Shown here one piece after another: positions 19,489 to 29,265 of a stretch of 64,000 nucleotides of DNA. The stretch covers positions 1,431-65,430 of the forward strand of contig JBAZWB010000002.1 of NCBI GenBank assembly GCA_041660605.1, in the 5' to 3' direction. The stretch is from Patescibacteria group bacterium. Its GTDB lineage: Bacteria > Patescibacteriota > Patescibacteriia > UBA10025 > JAHIVO01. Each line of letters begins with the position of its first letter. The stretch's first letter is position 1. The translations under genes and the position numbers were made by a program. A model generated the notes under the pieces. That model was not told the origin of the DNA. It worked only from the letters and a program-made list of their open reading frames with translations, and ran no database searches.

Positions 19489-21400
19489 CGCTATTGTTCA
19501 AAAGACTCCAGTTATGGAAAAAGCTGTCCTTGGTAAAATATTTTTCACCAGATAAAGGGTCTAGGGTGATGATCTTGGTGGGGTTATCCGCCGAGCCGAT
19601 AAAGCCGATAACCAGGCGCGTGTGCTCGCCGTTAATGGCCACCACGGTTCCGCCTTGCGGAGTTTTCCAGTCAATGCGCGTGCCGCTGCCCGCCGTACCC
19701 CAGACAATCACCGGGTTGCCTTTCTTGATTTCCGAGGTTAAATCCGCCAGGCTGCCGTCGGTAAAAGCCCGGGCAGTGCGGTAAGCGCGGGCAGCCTGGG
19801 CGATCGGCTGCCAGTAAACGCCGTAGCCGGTGGACGGCTGGTGCCCGTCAATATCGCCGACAAAAGCCAGATTAGGATTGCCCCAGACGCCGTCCGATTT
19901 TGGCGTGGTATCAAAGCCAATGGCGTCAATCAAAGTGGCTTCTGAAACGTCCACTCCCCGGAATTTTAGAGCCATCACTAAGGTGGCCACTTCACAGCTT
20001 AAATTATGCTCCTGCCGGTGGAAAGCGACATTCAATTTAGTAACGGAAAGCTCCGTGGTGAAAGAATATTCATATTTTTCTTCCGAAGCGTAACCTGCCC
20101 CAGCCTTAACGCCCGATGCCAGCGAAAATGCGTAGGCGGTATTATAGCTGAGCGGTGCCGTCGGCGTAAAAATCATGGCATTGCCATCCCAGCTGAATAC
20201 TCCCTCAGTCGCGGGTGAAATAGAAAACTTGCCCTCCGCGGATTTTTTATCAACCGCCTGGTCAAAGGTTGTTTTAATGGCGCTGTTAATCCCAATGCCG
20301 GAATATCCATTGTCGGGAAAGGCTTCAGAAACACGTACCGGCCCTAATGTCTTAAACTGATGCACGGAATCCTTCTCCAGATAGCCACCGTCGAAAGTTT
20401 TAGTGCCGGCGGCCAGAGTGACCGTATATTCCGTGTCTTTCTTCAGGGCGGCTGACTGAAAAGTTATTGTTTTATAGTCGTCGGTTTTCCACTGGCCTTC
20501 TACTGCCGGCTCTATCTTAATATTATTGCTAAATGAATCCATGTCCACATTTTTGTCCAAAGTTATGGAGACTGACTGCCCAAGGGAAACATTGTCACCG
20601 GTCGGAGAAAAATCAACAATGCCCGGGGCCTCCTGCACCTGCCATTCAGTTTCCTTGATTAACTCCGGCTCCGCCTGATAGCCAACCTCATCGGTGCCAA
20701 AAGTATAACGAATATTTTTTTTGAAAATTTTAAAAGTGTACTTCTGGCCTTGCAACAGATGCTCCTGGGGTTTAACCGTAAATATTTTTCCGCCATTATC
20801 GCTGGTTACTTCCATCTCAGCCTCCGGGACCAGACTGAACTGATACTCTGTCAACTTTTTACTGTTTTTATCCAGGGTGATCTCCCAGACAACTTCCGGA
20901 CTGATCGGCTGATCGTTGGCAGGTGAAATAGAATCTATTTTCGGCGCATCTTCAACCTGAAAAGTATAAGTGTAACTTTTTGACTGCCAAAATGAAGGCA
21001 GGATGCTTTTTACATTTGAAACAACAACTTCATAAGTTGTCCCGGGTTTCCAGGTTAGCTCCGGTCGGAAGACGATAGATCTGGATAGATGATTAGTAAA
21101 TAAATAGCGGCCATATTCCGTCTCACCATATACTTCGGGCGTTACTTCAATTTTCAGATTTCTGACCACCGGCAGGTTAAAATGAAATTCCAGGGTAGAA
21201 TCGGTGGTTACGAGGCCATTCTCCATCTTCATAACCAAAGATGGTTTTGGTGTCTGTACAAAATATAAATAGCCAATCATAACAAAAAAAAGTATTATAC
21301 CAATAATACTCCAAAATAGTGTTATTTTTCTGGTTTTGATTGATTTTTGTTTTTTATTTTGGCCAATATTTAACATGCTAATGAATAAATTATAACACAA
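19472..21400 (-). CDS. large surface protein: signal-anchor, tandem Ig-like (SbsA-Ig-like) repeats, C-terminal C39-like cysteine peptidase domain
   Basis: 642 aa; repeats with ISPANDQPISPE / FSPTGDNVSLGQ / FPDNGYSGI motifs; C-terminus HNLSCEVATLVMAL ... GEHTRLVIGFIG. Confidence 0.75.
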   Translation of the reverse strand: MCYNLFISMLNIGQNKKQKSIKTRKITLFWSIIGIILFFVMIGYLYFVQTPKPSLVMKMENGLVTTDSTLEFHFNLPVVRNLKIEVTPEVYGETEYGRYLFTNHLSRSIVFRPELTWKPGTTYEVVVSNVKSILPSFWQSKSYTYTFQVEDAPKIDSISPANDQPISPEVVWEITLDKNSKKLTEYQFSLVPEAEMEVTSDNGGKIFTVKPQEHLLQGQKYTFKIFKKNIRYTFGTDEVGYQAEPELIKETEWQVQEAPGIVDFSPTGDNVSLGQSVSITLDKNVDMDSFSNNIKIEPAVEGQWKTDDYKTITFQSAALKKDTEYTVTLAAGTKTFDGGYLEKDSVHQFKTLGPVRVSEAFPDNGYSGIGINSAIKTTFDQAVDKKSAEGKFSISPATEGVFSWDGNAMIFTPTAPLSYNTAYAFSLASGVKAGAGYASEEKYEYSFTTELSVTKLNVAFHRQEHNLSCEVATLVMALKFRGVDVSEATLIDAIGFDTTPKSDGVWGNPNLAFVGDIDGHQPSTGYGVYWQPIAQAARAYRTARAFTDGSLADLTSEIKKGNPVIVWGTAGSGTRIDWKTPQGGTVVAINGEHTRLVIGFIGSADNPTKIITLDPLSGEKYFTKDSFFHNWSLLNNSGVVVE

Positions 21401-21466
21401 AATTTAATTTTTTGCAAGTTAAAAAAGCATAATAATTAAATTACACCCTTTTTATAAAATACTAAT

Positions 21467-21700
21467 TTATTCTAAAACATCTTCTTCTGGTTTTTCAGCT
21501 TCCGCGGCGGCTGCGCTAATTTCCTTCTTCTTTTTAGCAAAAGTTGAAAAACCGAAAATAATGCCTACCAATCCAATCAAAATTAAAATACCAATATACC
21601 AATTGGGCATCTGAAAATCTTTTACGGTAAAAATAAGAAAAAGCACGCCATTTAAGCTTAATAAAATTCCGATTATTAACGAATACCAAGCGGTTATCAT
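21467..21700 (-). CDS. small membrane protein (77 aa, 2 TM), hypothetical
   Basis: hydrophobic ORF with acidic tail. Confidence 0.5.
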   Translation of the reverse strand: MITAWYSLIIGILLSLNGVLFLIFTVKDFQMPNWYIGILILIGLVGIIFGFSTFAKKKKEISAAAAEAEKPEEDVLE

Positions 21701-21716
21701 ATTTTTATATATTCAA

Positions 21717-22061
21717 TTATTTTTTGGTAATGGCATTGGTAAACCAGGAGATAACCCATAAGATTAGCCCGCCCAATACTGCCGTTGGCCAAAATGAGTC
21801 AATAGAAAAACCCGTAACCACTGAAGCTACTAGATACAGCAAGCCGGCATTAATTATAAAAGTGAATAAACCAAGTGTAAGAATATTTATAGGCAGTGTT
21901 AATATTACCAGAATTGGTTTTAATATCGCGTTGGCAATACCCAAAATTAAAGCTGCTAAAATAGCTGTTGGCCAAAATGAGTCAACATGAAAGCCGCTTA
22001 AAAATGAGGCTACTACCAGCAACGCGCCAGCATTTAATAACAATCTGATTAAAAAATGCAT
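21717..22061 (-). CDS. DUF360 / phage_holin_4_2 (YvlD-like) family 4-TM membrane protein
   Basis: 114 aa with internal duplication GFHVDSFWPTAILAALILGIANAILKPIL / GFSIDSFWPTAVLGGLILWVISWFTNAI. Confidence 0.7.
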   Translation of the reverse strand: MHFLIRLLLNAGALLVVASFLSGFHVDSFWPTAILAALILGIANAILKPILVILTLPINILTLGLFTFIINAGLLYLVASVVTGFSIDSFWPTAVLGGLILWVISWFTNAITKK

Positions 22062-22120
22062 ATTGTTTTTTTCTTAATGATATATTACCTTATGGAGATG
22101 AAAATATATTATTTGTAAAC

Positions 22121-22176
22121 CTAACTAACTTACTACTTACCAAACACTACATTCTACTTACTACTAACTAACATTC
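22121..22176. repeat. CTAC/GTAG-rich low-complexity spacer abutting tRNA-Glu 3' end
   Basis: ctaactaacttactacttaccaaacactacattctacttactactaactaacattc. Confidence 0.6.
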
Positions 22177-22255
22177 TGGTACCGCGTGTGGGATTCGAAC
22201 CCACGATCTCCTGGATGAGAACCAGGTGTCCTAGACCAAACTAGACGAACGCGGC
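22177..22255 (-). tRNA. tRNA-Glu (anticodon CUC), CCA encoded
   Basis: manual fold: acceptor GCCGCGU/ACGCGGU, D-arm GUCUAGUUUGGUCUAGGACA (cf. E. coli tRNA-Glu), anticodon stem CCUGG/CCAGG loop UUCUCAU, T-arm GUGGG-UUCGAAU-CCCAC. Confidence 0.85.
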
Positions 22256-22302
22256 ATGCGGGTAGGAAATCTGATATCACCCCCGGGCTACCTGCCCCGT
22301 AC

Positions 22303-22548
22303 TTATGAGCGGAGCGAATAAAGTGCGGGGGACGATAACGGCATAGAGTAGCTTTTTATTAATCGCTCTATTGCAATTCTCTTTTTCCAAGACTTTATCT
22401 GGCGTTCTCTTTTTCGCGCATCTGAATATGTTCTAAGCTCTTCACTAAAAACAAGCGCAACTGGCAGTCTAGATTTTGCATATTTTACTCCACCTCTTTG
22501 GTGCTTAATAATCCTTTGAGGTAAATCTTTCGTTGAACCAATATAATC
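22303..22548 (-). pseudogene. GIY-YIG nuclease (YhbQ/URI-like) gene remnant lacking the N-terminal GIY motif
   Basis: translation DYIGSTKDLPQRIIKHQRGGVKYAKSRLPVALVFSEELRTYSDARKRERQIKSWKKRIAIERLIK; upstream in-frame TAG, no Met; possible (TA)n slippage at the YIG junction. Confidence 0.55.
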
Positions 22549-22662
22549 CTATTTTTTGCCTACAATAAGCTTATCAAATAAGATTAAAAAAAATCAAGAG
22601 CTACAAAAAACCAGACCACATCTTCTGTCCCCTTTGCCCGGTATCAGTAGATACTCTTGATC

Positions 22663-22842
22663 TTATTTTCTGGCTGTTTCGAAGTAAATAGCCGCTAAAA
22701 TGGATAAGATTCCCATCTGCAGATAAAATGCTGAGGAGATGATAATAACCTCGTTCCTCACCTCGGTGACAAACCCAAAAATTCCGCACATTATACCAAA
22801 AACAATAAATGCAATCGGTATATACTTATTTCTGAAAATCAT
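22663..22842 (-). CDS. small membrane protein (59 aa), below ORF-track cutoff
   Basis: MIFRNKYIPIAFIVFGIMCGIFGFVTEVRNEVIIISSAFYLQMGILSILAAIYFETARK with strong SD (aagaaaggggg) 8 nt upstream; preferred over overlapping 22601-22789 frame. Confidence 0.4.
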   Translation of the reverse strand: MIFRNKYIPIAFIVFGIMCGIFGFVTEVRNEVIIISSAFYLQMGILSILAAIYFETARK

Positions 22843-22881
22843 TATTACACCCCCTTTCTTAATACCCCTATTATACTACAA

Positions 22882-23886
22882 TTACAAATTATTACCAAGA
22901 GTCTGGCAAGCCCGGACCAGGGCGTTAGCGTAACCCCATTCATTATCATACCAGGCAATTACCTTAACTAAATCTCCTCCAATTACCTTGGTCAGGCTTA
23001 GATCTACAATAGAAGCATGCGGATTGCCTATAAGATCCGAAGAAACCACGGGTTCTTTAGTTACTTCCATGACTTCTGCAAAATTCTTATCATTAGCGGC
23101 TTTTACCAGGGCTTTATTTACCTCTTCAACCGTAACCTTCCTCTCCAACAAAGCGGTTATATCTGACAAGGAAACAATAGGCGTAGGCACGCGAATAGCC
23201 AATCCGTCGAACAACCCCTTAATCTCCGGGATGGTTTCCGTGGTAGCAATGGCCGCACCGGTAGTGGTCGGGACGATATTCTGCGCCGCTGCTCTCGCCC
23301 GGCGTAAATCCTTATGTGGTCCGTCCACCAGGTTCTGATCCGCGGTATAGGAATGTACCGTAGTCATCCCCGCTTTTTTTATGCCAAATTCTTTTTGCAG
23401 TACTTTCATTACCGGTGAAATGCAATTGGTGGTGCAGGAAGCGTTGGAAATTATTTTCTGGCCTTTAATTTTTTCGTCATTAACTCCCATGACAATAGTA
23501 TCAACGTTTCCGCCTTTAGCTGGAGCGGAAATTATCACACGTTTCGCTCCCGCTTCAAGATGAGTACCCGCTAGCTCTGCTGTCACGAAGCGTCCGGTTG
23601 ATTCTACAACCACATCAATCTTTTTTTTGCCCCAGGGCAATTTTGCCGGTTCTTTTTGTGACAGCACCTCGTATTCATTTTTATCCACTATCAGGCTTTT
23701 TCCGGTATGGCTGATTTTTTTTTCATACCTGCCGTAAACAGTATCATATCTCAGAAGATGGGCGAGGGTCTCCGTGTCGGTCAAATCATTTATAGCCACC
23801 ACCTCAATATCTTTTTTCTCCAAAGCTATTTTGAAAACTGCCCGTCCGATTCTCCCGAAACCATTAATAGCGATTCTTATTGGCAT
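22882..23886 (-). CDS. gap: glyceraldehyde-3-phosphate dehydrogenase, type I
   Basis: NGFGRIGR, SNASCTTNC active site. Confidence 0.95.
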   Translation of the reverse strand: MPIRIAINGFGRIGRAVFKIALEKKDIEVVAINDLTDTETLAHLLRYDTVYGRYEKKISHTGKSLIVDKNEYEVLSQKEPAKLPWGKKKIDVVVESTGRFVTAELAGTHLEAGAKRVIISAPAKGGNVDTIVMGVNDEKIKGQKIISNASCTTNCISPVMKVLQKEFGIKKAGMTTVHSYTADQNLVDGPHKDLRRARAAAQNIVPTTTGAAIATTETIPEIKGLFDGLAIRVPTPIVSLSDITALLERKVTVEEVNKALVKAANDKNFAEVMEVTKEPVVSSDLIGNPHASIVDLSLTKVIGGDLVKVIAWYDNEWGYANALVRACQTLGNNL

Positions 23887-23909
23887 AATATTTATAATTA
23901 ATTTTAAAT

Positions 23910-24779
23910 TTATTTAATCTTATGGGCGCTGCCGAATATTTCCAGCTTTTCCTCTACGACGCGCTGTATGGCGCTGATTGAAGGCGACAAAATTTCCCGC
24001 GGATCAAACATTTCCGTATTGCTGGCTAATGTCTCTTTTAATGATTCCGCAAAGGCTAAGCGTATTTCAGTATCAATATTTATTATCATTATGCCGTTAA
24101 AAATCGCCTTTTTAATCTGTTCCGGCGGCAAACCCGATGCGCCATGCAAAACCAAAGGCACGCCTGGAATCAGTTTATTAATAGAGGCCAGACGCTCCAG
24201 ATCTAGGCCAGGATTGCCTTTTTGCATCTTAACAACGCCATGGACATTACCCACGGCTACAGCCAGCGTATCAACCGTGGTTTTATGCACGAATTCCTGG
24301 GCTTCCTGAGGGTCTGTCATCAGCTTTTCACGCTCTTCCGGGCTGACCTCTTCCAGGCCTTTAACGATGCCTAGCTCGCCTTGCGCCAAAACCTGCTTGC
24401 GATGGGCGAAATCAGCTGCCTGCCTGGTTAAAATAATATTCTCCATCATCGGCATGTCGGAGGCATCCATCATGATGGAAGAAAACCCGGCCCTGACGCA
24501 TTCAGCCACCGAACGGAAGCTCTTGCCATGATCCAAATGCAGGGCTAATGGCACCTTCCCGCTCTCTACCAGGGCGATCGCCTGCACAATGCTGGTTATC
24601 GCCTTCAGGCCGGCATACTGGATGCTGGTTTCGGAAACCTGCAGAATAGCCGGAGAATTCTTTTTTACCGCGGCTCTGACTACGCCCAAAGTTGTTTCCA
24701 GATTCTCGATATTGAACGCGCCGATCGCGTATTTTTTCTTTTTTGCGTCTTTTAATAACTCCGAAAGGTGTACTAGCAT
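23910..24779 (-). CDS. fba: class II fructose/tagatose-bisphosphate aldolase
   Basis: 289 aa; LALHLDHG, metal-binding His pattern of class II aldolases. Confidence 0.88.
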   Translation of the reverse strand: MLVHLSELLKDAKKKKYAIGAFNIENLETTLGVVRAAVKKNSPAILQVSETSIQYAGLKAITSIVQAIALVESGKVPLALHLDHGKSFRSVAECVRAGFSSIMMDASDMPMMENIILTRQAADFAHRKQVLAQGELGIVKGLEEVSPEEREKLMTDPQEAQEFVHKTTVDTLAVAVGNVHGVVKMQKGNPGLDLERLASINKLIPGVPLVLHGASGLPPEQIKKAIFNGIMIINIDTEIRLAFAESLKETLASNTEMFDPREILSPSISAIQRVVEEKLEIFGSAHKIK

Positions 24780-24782
24780 AAA

Positions 24783-25562
24783 TTATTTATTAATAAATGG
24801 GATGATTATTTTCTTAAAGCTTTCCGGCTGCCGGCTGGCGCTACCGACCAGCACTCCCTGAATATCTTCCATGGCTGCAAAACCTCCGACATTTTCAGCA
24901 TCGACTGAACCGCCGTATATGATGGTAACCGCCTTGGCTGTATATGGATCAAACATATTCTCCACCACCCGGCGAATCAGCTTATGGACTACCTGTGCTC
25001 CTTCCGGACTATCCGCCTGGCCGGAGGGGTTCTCCTGGCTGGTGCTGATGGCCCACATCGGTTCATAGGCGATGATCACTTTTTTCATTTCAAAACTGCG
25101 GACGTCAGAAAAGCATTTTTTGATTTTTTGCTCTATGACTTTCTTAGTCAAGCCGGTTTCCTTCTCTTCCAGATTCTCTCCCAGGCAGACGATGGGCACC
25201 AAACGGTTCTTTAATGCAATTTTAACTTTTTTGTTGACCAGAGCATCGTCTTCATTGAACAACTGGCGCCTTTCTGAGTGCCCGATGATGACGTATTTAC
25301 AGCCTGCATCAGCCAGCTGATGAGCGGAAATCTCGCCGGTATATGGCCCCTCCTCTTCCCAGAAAATATTCTGCGCCCCTATCTCAATCGGCCTGTCTCC
25401 GATCGCCTGCCCGACATATTCAAAAAAAACAATTGGAGGGCAGATAATCAGGTTTAATTTTTCCGTTTGAATATCGCTAATATCAAAATTAGAAAAAAAA
25501 CGCTTAATCTGGCGCAAATCCAGGTTCATTTTCCAGTTGGCTATTATGTAAGATTTCTTCAT
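24783..25562 (-). CDS. tpiA: triosephosphate isomerase
   Basis: IIANWKMN, IGAQN, GHSERR motifs. Confidence 0.95.
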   Translation of the reverse strand: MKKSYIIANWKMNLDLRQIKRFFSNFDISDIQTEKLNLIICPPIVFFEYVGQAIGDRPIEIGAQNIFWEEEGPYTGEISAHQLADAGCKYVIIGHSERRQLFNEDDALVNKKVKIALKNRLVPIVCLGENLEEKETGLTKKVIEQKIKKCFSDVRSFEMKKVIIAYEPMWAISTSQENPSGQADSPEGAQVVHKLIRRVVENMFDPYTAKAVTIIYGGSVDAENVGGFAAMEDIQGVLVGSASRQPESFKKIIIPFINK

Positions 25563-25632
25563 AGTAATACATTAAACATACCTTAAATTGACCTTTTTGT
25601 GGAGCCCTGCATCTGGCGCCGGGGTAAAAAAA

Positions 25633-26571
25633 CTACAGCCAATTATAATTGCCATATGCCCAGCTGATAAGCGCCTTGGCTTCTGCGAACCTGTCATCGC
25701 CCGTAGAACAATTGAATAAAAGCACCATCACCCGTTTTCCGTTCAGTTCCGACTGGCAGACAAATGTAAAGCCTGCTTCATTGATAAATCCGGTTTTGGC
25801 GCCAACCAGATTTATTTCGCTGTCATTCAAAAGCTTGTCCGTATTGGTAATCTTATGCGTAATCTTCCGGTCGATCGTTTCAAAAATGTATTCTTTCCTG
25901 GTCAGGGCATCGCGAATCTGCATATTATTCAGCGCGTACTGCGCTAATTGCGCGTATTCCTTGACTGTCGAAGTGTTTCTCGGGTCCAACCCGGTAACAT
26001 CATAAAAAACAGTATGCAGCAGGGCGTACTTGCCGGCTAGCTCATCCATCTGCGCGATAAATTCCTGCTCGGACAATCCGGTCGAGCGTGCCAGGGCTTT
26101 GGTGGCATTATTGGCGGAACCGACCAGGCTGGCATAAAACAAATCACCAACCGTTACCTTTTCCCCTGCTTTTACGTAAAGGCGGCTGCCCTCGGCATTG
26201 CTATTATCGCTCTCAATGATTTCTATTTCCTGCGAAAAATCTACTTTATTTTTTAAAAAAACCAGGGCCGTAACCAGTTTCGTCAGGCTGGCCAGCGGAG
26301 ACACCGCCTCGGCATTCTTCTGCCAAAGCACGGTACCGCTGTCTAAATCAACGACTACCGCTGAACTGGCGGTGATCAGCCGGTTCGGTGCCACCCAGGG
26401 AGATTTTGCCAAAGGCGGCGGCGGCCGAAATATATGATTTGGGTTGCCGTAGCCCTCTTCGAAAAAGCTATTGACCAAGCCCTGCTGCACCGGCGTACTG
26501 CTGTAGAGCAAAGCGCCGGTATTATCTACCTTATTTATTATTAATAGCGTCGCCAGAAGGAAAAATAGCAT
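25633..26571 (-). CDS. D-alanyl-D-alanine carboxypeptidase (peptidase S11, PBP5-like)
   Basis: signal peptide; SLTK (SxxK) active-site motif; S11 architecture. Confidence 0.8.
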   Translation of the reverse strand: MLFFLLATLLIINKVDNTGALLYSSTPVQQGLVNSFFEEGYGNPNHIFRPPPPLAKSPWVAPNRLITASSAVVVDLDSGTVLWQKNAEAVSPLASLTKLVTALVFLKNKVDFSQEIEIIESDNSNAEGSRLYVKAGEKVTVGDLFYASLVGSANNATKALARSTGLSEQEFIAQMDELAGKYALLHTVFYDVTGLDPRNTSTVKEYAQLAQYALNNMQIRDALTRKEYIFETIDRKITHKITNTDKLLNDSEINLVGAKTGFINEAGFTFVCQSELNGKRVMVLLFNCSTGDDRFAEAKALISWAYGNYNWL

Positions 26572-26574
26572 AAT

Positions 26575-27150
26575 CTACTCCTCATTAGTTTTGGCTTCCT
26601 CGGCCTGTCCGGCGCTGTCCTTCTCGAGCAATTTTTTCAGATTTTCATTGCTATTTAACTTTTCATAATCAGGCAGTTCCTCAACTCTGTTAAGGCCCAA
26701 GAATCTTAAAAAATCAAAGGTAGTATTATAGGTAGTCGCCATTTTCTCCCTGTCTTCTTTGGCCTCTACCAGGCCCTTGATCAGTAAATTCCTGATAATC
26801 AGGCTGCAATTGACACCCCTGATCTGCTCCAGCTCCGCCTTGGTAATAGGGCCGCGGTAGGCGATAATCGTCAAAGTCTCTAATGATGGCTTTGTCAGTT
26901 CGCCTGTTTGCTCGGATTTTATGAAATCTTTTACGATATAAGTATTTTGGGGATTGGTGGCCATTTGGTAGGAGCTTCCGGCCTTCTGAATATGGATGCC
27001 TTTGGCTTCCGTGTTCAGCTCTGCCATCAGCTCTTCGGCAGCTGTCTCAATTTCCTGTTTGTCTTTTTTTAATATTTCGCTTAATTTGCCAACTGATAAG
27101 GGCTTTCCGGAAATAAACAGCAGACTTTCAATCAAGGATTTTGTTTTCAT
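26575..27150 (-). CDS. scpB: segregation and condensation protein B
   Basis: 191 aa; tandem winged-helix ScpB signature; adjacent to scpA. Confidence 0.85.
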   Translation of the reverse strand: MKTKSLIESLLFISGKPLSVGKLSEILKKDKQEIETAAEELMAELNTEAKGIHIQKAGSSYQMATNPQNTYIVKDFIKSEQTGELTKPSLETLTIIAYRGPITKAELEQIRGVNCSLIIRNLLIKGLVEAKEDREKMATTYNTTFDFLRFLGLNRVEELPDYEKLNSNENLKKLLEKDSAGQAEEAKTNEE

Positions 27151-27175
27151 GGTATATTTAAAAATTAATTATTCA

Positions 27176-27910
27176 TTAAAGCGGATTTTCGTTGATAACC
27201 TCCCTCTCCTCGCCTGATAATCTTTTGATGACAATTTCATCGAAAACACTTTCCTGAACGACAGTGATGGTTCTCTGCTTGACCAGCTCCAGCAAAGCCA
27301 GGAAAGTAACAATGATTTCGGTTTTACTATTGGTGCTGCGCAGCAGCTCTCCAAATCGCAAAGTCGCCTGCTGGCTGATCATCGACTGGATATTAGCGAT
27401 GCGCTCTTTGATAGAGATAGTCTTGATCAATACTTCCTGGGGAAGATTTACCCAGACCTCCAGCCCGTGCAGCACCTGGCTGAATATTTCTTTCATTTTT
27501 TCGGCGGTTAAAGTCTTGGGCGGATTGAAAATTTTCTCTATCCTTATCACCATCCTTTCGCGGGGGAAGAGAAACTTTTTCTTGCCGATCATTTTGGTCA
27601 GCACTTTTGAAGCTTCATAAAATTCCCGATAGATCTTCAGCTGGCTCTCCAGATCAATGCCCTCTTCATCCTCGATTTCCAGCTGAGGCAGCAATAATCT
27701 CGATTTTATCAGGAGCAGTTTGGCGGCGATAACTAAAAAATCTGCCAATTCCTCCGTGGCAATGTCTTTTTCGTTATTTAAATATTCTAAATACTGAAAA
27801 GTGACTTTAGCCAGGGAAAGCTCGGTAATATCCAGCTTCTCCTGCTCGATCAGCTGCAGCAGCAGATCGAGAGGCCCTTCAAATTGTTCTAATTTTATTT
27901 TATAGCTCAT
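27176..27910 (-). CDS. scpA: segregation and condensation protein A
   Basis: 244 aa; LEQFEGPLDLLLQLIEQEKLDITELSLAKVTFQYLEYL kleisin N-terminus. Confidence 0.85.
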   Translation of the reverse strand: MSYKIKLEQFEGPLDLLLQLIEQEKLDITELSLAKVTFQYLEYLNNEKDIATEELADFLVIAAKLLLIKSRLLLPQLEIEDEEGIDLESQLKIYREFYEASKVLTKMIGKKKFLFPRERMVIRIEKIFNPPKTLTAEKMKEIFSQVLHGLEVWVNLPQEVLIKTISIKERIANIQSMISQQATLRFGELLRSTNSKTEIIVTFLALLELVKQRTITVVQESVFDEIVIKRLSGEEREVINENPL

Positions 27911-28375
27911 TTATATTAAGAATATTATTGCATTGATAACAATCAGCACGCACCAATTAACTATAGAAAACCATTTATTTCTCCACCAATCCCTGCCTTC
28001 AATATGAAAATCAGAAATCGGATAAAATAGCCTCGTGCCCCACACGCCCTTATGGGTAAAAATATCCATAAAAATATGCAGGTAATACGGAATGGTCACC
28101 AGCCACCAGGCCGGGTAAAAAATCGCTAAAACCGCGGCCAGGAGGGTAATCGGCAATAAACTATGCGCATACCGGTAAACAATCATGTATGAATCCCGCG
28201 GGTCCTCCGCGAATTTTTGACTGACCATATCGCGGAAATACTCGCTTCTCCAGCGTAAAATGCCGAAAATAGCGGGGATGATATCAGGCAAAGCGCCGGC
28301 CAGGGCCGCCCACAAAACCAAGGATGGTTTTCTGATCATAGTCGCCCCCCAGGCGGCATGAGACAAAGTATCCAT
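27911..28375 (-). CDS. membrane-bound metal-dependent hydrolase-like protein (DUF457/YdjM-like)
   Basis: 154 aa, 4 TM; MDTLSHAAWG N-terminus typical of DUF457. Confidence 0.5.
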   Translation of the reverse strand: MDTLSHAAWGATMIRKPSLVLWAALAGALPDIIPAIFGILRWRSEYFRDMVSQKFAEDPRDSYMIVYRYAHSLLPITLLAAVLAIFYPAWWLVTIPYYLHIFMDIFTHKGVWGTRLFYPISDFHIEGRDWWRNKWFSIVNWCVLIVINAIIFLI

Positions 28376-28378
28376 TTT

Positions 28379-28858
28379 TTACTTTTTATTTTTATCCTGC
28401 TTGCCCACCGCTCCAGTCTGGGCATTTTCTGATTTTATGAAATCTTTGACCTTTAGGCGCAGGCTCTCGGTGAAACTGCCGGCGGTAAATATCACCTCGC
28501 GTACTTTTAGCAAAGCTTTATCCACCAGTACGCCGGTTTTATGGATAGTGCCAAAAGGAGTAATGGCGCCTGGCTTGACATTAAACTTAGTTTTCATCTC
28601 ATTTTCTCTGGCAATCTGAACTTTTTTGGCTTTGAAAAATTTTTTTACTTTCGCCAGATCCAATTTATAATGAGCCGGGACGACTACCAGGAAATATTCC
28701 TTATCAACTTTGACCAGCAGGGTCTTGGCAATCTCGTTTAACTTCCTTTTTGTAGTTTTTGCCAGATCATACGCGGTATAGACTGTCCGGTGTTTCAGTA
28801 TTTCATACTTTATTTTATTCTTATCCAGATGGGATAAAAGCTTTTTTGAAATTGCCAT
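28379..28858 (-). CDS. YbaK/ProX-type aminoacyl-tRNA deacylase
   Basis: 159 aa; YbaK-like fold motifs (GAITPFG...VLVD). Confidence 0.6.
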   Translation of the reverse strand: MAISKKLLSHLDKNKIKYEILKHRTVYTAYDLAKTTKRKLNEIAKTLLVKVDKEYFLVVVPAHYKLDLAKVKKFFKAKKVQIARENEMKTKFNVKPGAITPFGTIHKTGVLVDKALLKVREVIFTAGSFTESLRLKVKDFIKSENAQTGAVGKQDKNKK

Positions 28859-28915
28859 AGGTTATTTTTTGAATAATGATAAAAAATATTAATTATTTAG
28901 CGTGTTTACAGAGTT

Positions 28916-29245
28916 TTACTTTTGCAAATCACTTTCCTCTTCTTCGTCCGGCTCCAGCGTGATTTCCAGTTTCAATCCCCCGATCCAGGCGGCGACGAGA
29001 TTATAAATTACCGCGCTGATTAATCCCCCTATAAACCCGACAACCGCACTGCCTATCAAACCGATAAATACGCCCAAAATGCCGAAATAGCTCGTATCCA
29101 TATCCAAAAAATGACTGGAGCTATAGCCGCTGGACAAAAGAATAAGAGGGATGGCAAATACTGCCCAAAGCAGATACCCGCCAACTGAAATAAAAGTGGT
29201 AATTTTGGCCAGCGAAATGATATTTAGCTTTTTTATTTCATACAT
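28916..29245 (-). CDS. membrane protein, hypothetical (109 aa)
   Basis: 3 hydrophobic segments, acidic C-terminus. Confidence 0.5.
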   Translation of the reverse strand: MYEIKKLNIISLAKITTFISVGGYLLWAVFAIPLILLSSGYSSSHFLDMDTSYFGILGVFIGLIGSAVVGFIGGLISAVIYNLVAAWIGGLKLEITLEPDEEEESDLQK

Positions 29246-29265
29246 AATGTTTAAGGTCTAATTTG

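Noticed and set aside
22601-22789. 62-aa minus-strand ORF from the six-frame track, and the 64-aa plus-strand ORF at 22739-22933
   Set aside because: An overlapping 59-aa frame (22663-22842) encodes a clean 2-TM membrane peptide with a strong SD. The listed ORFs have no SD and odd composition.
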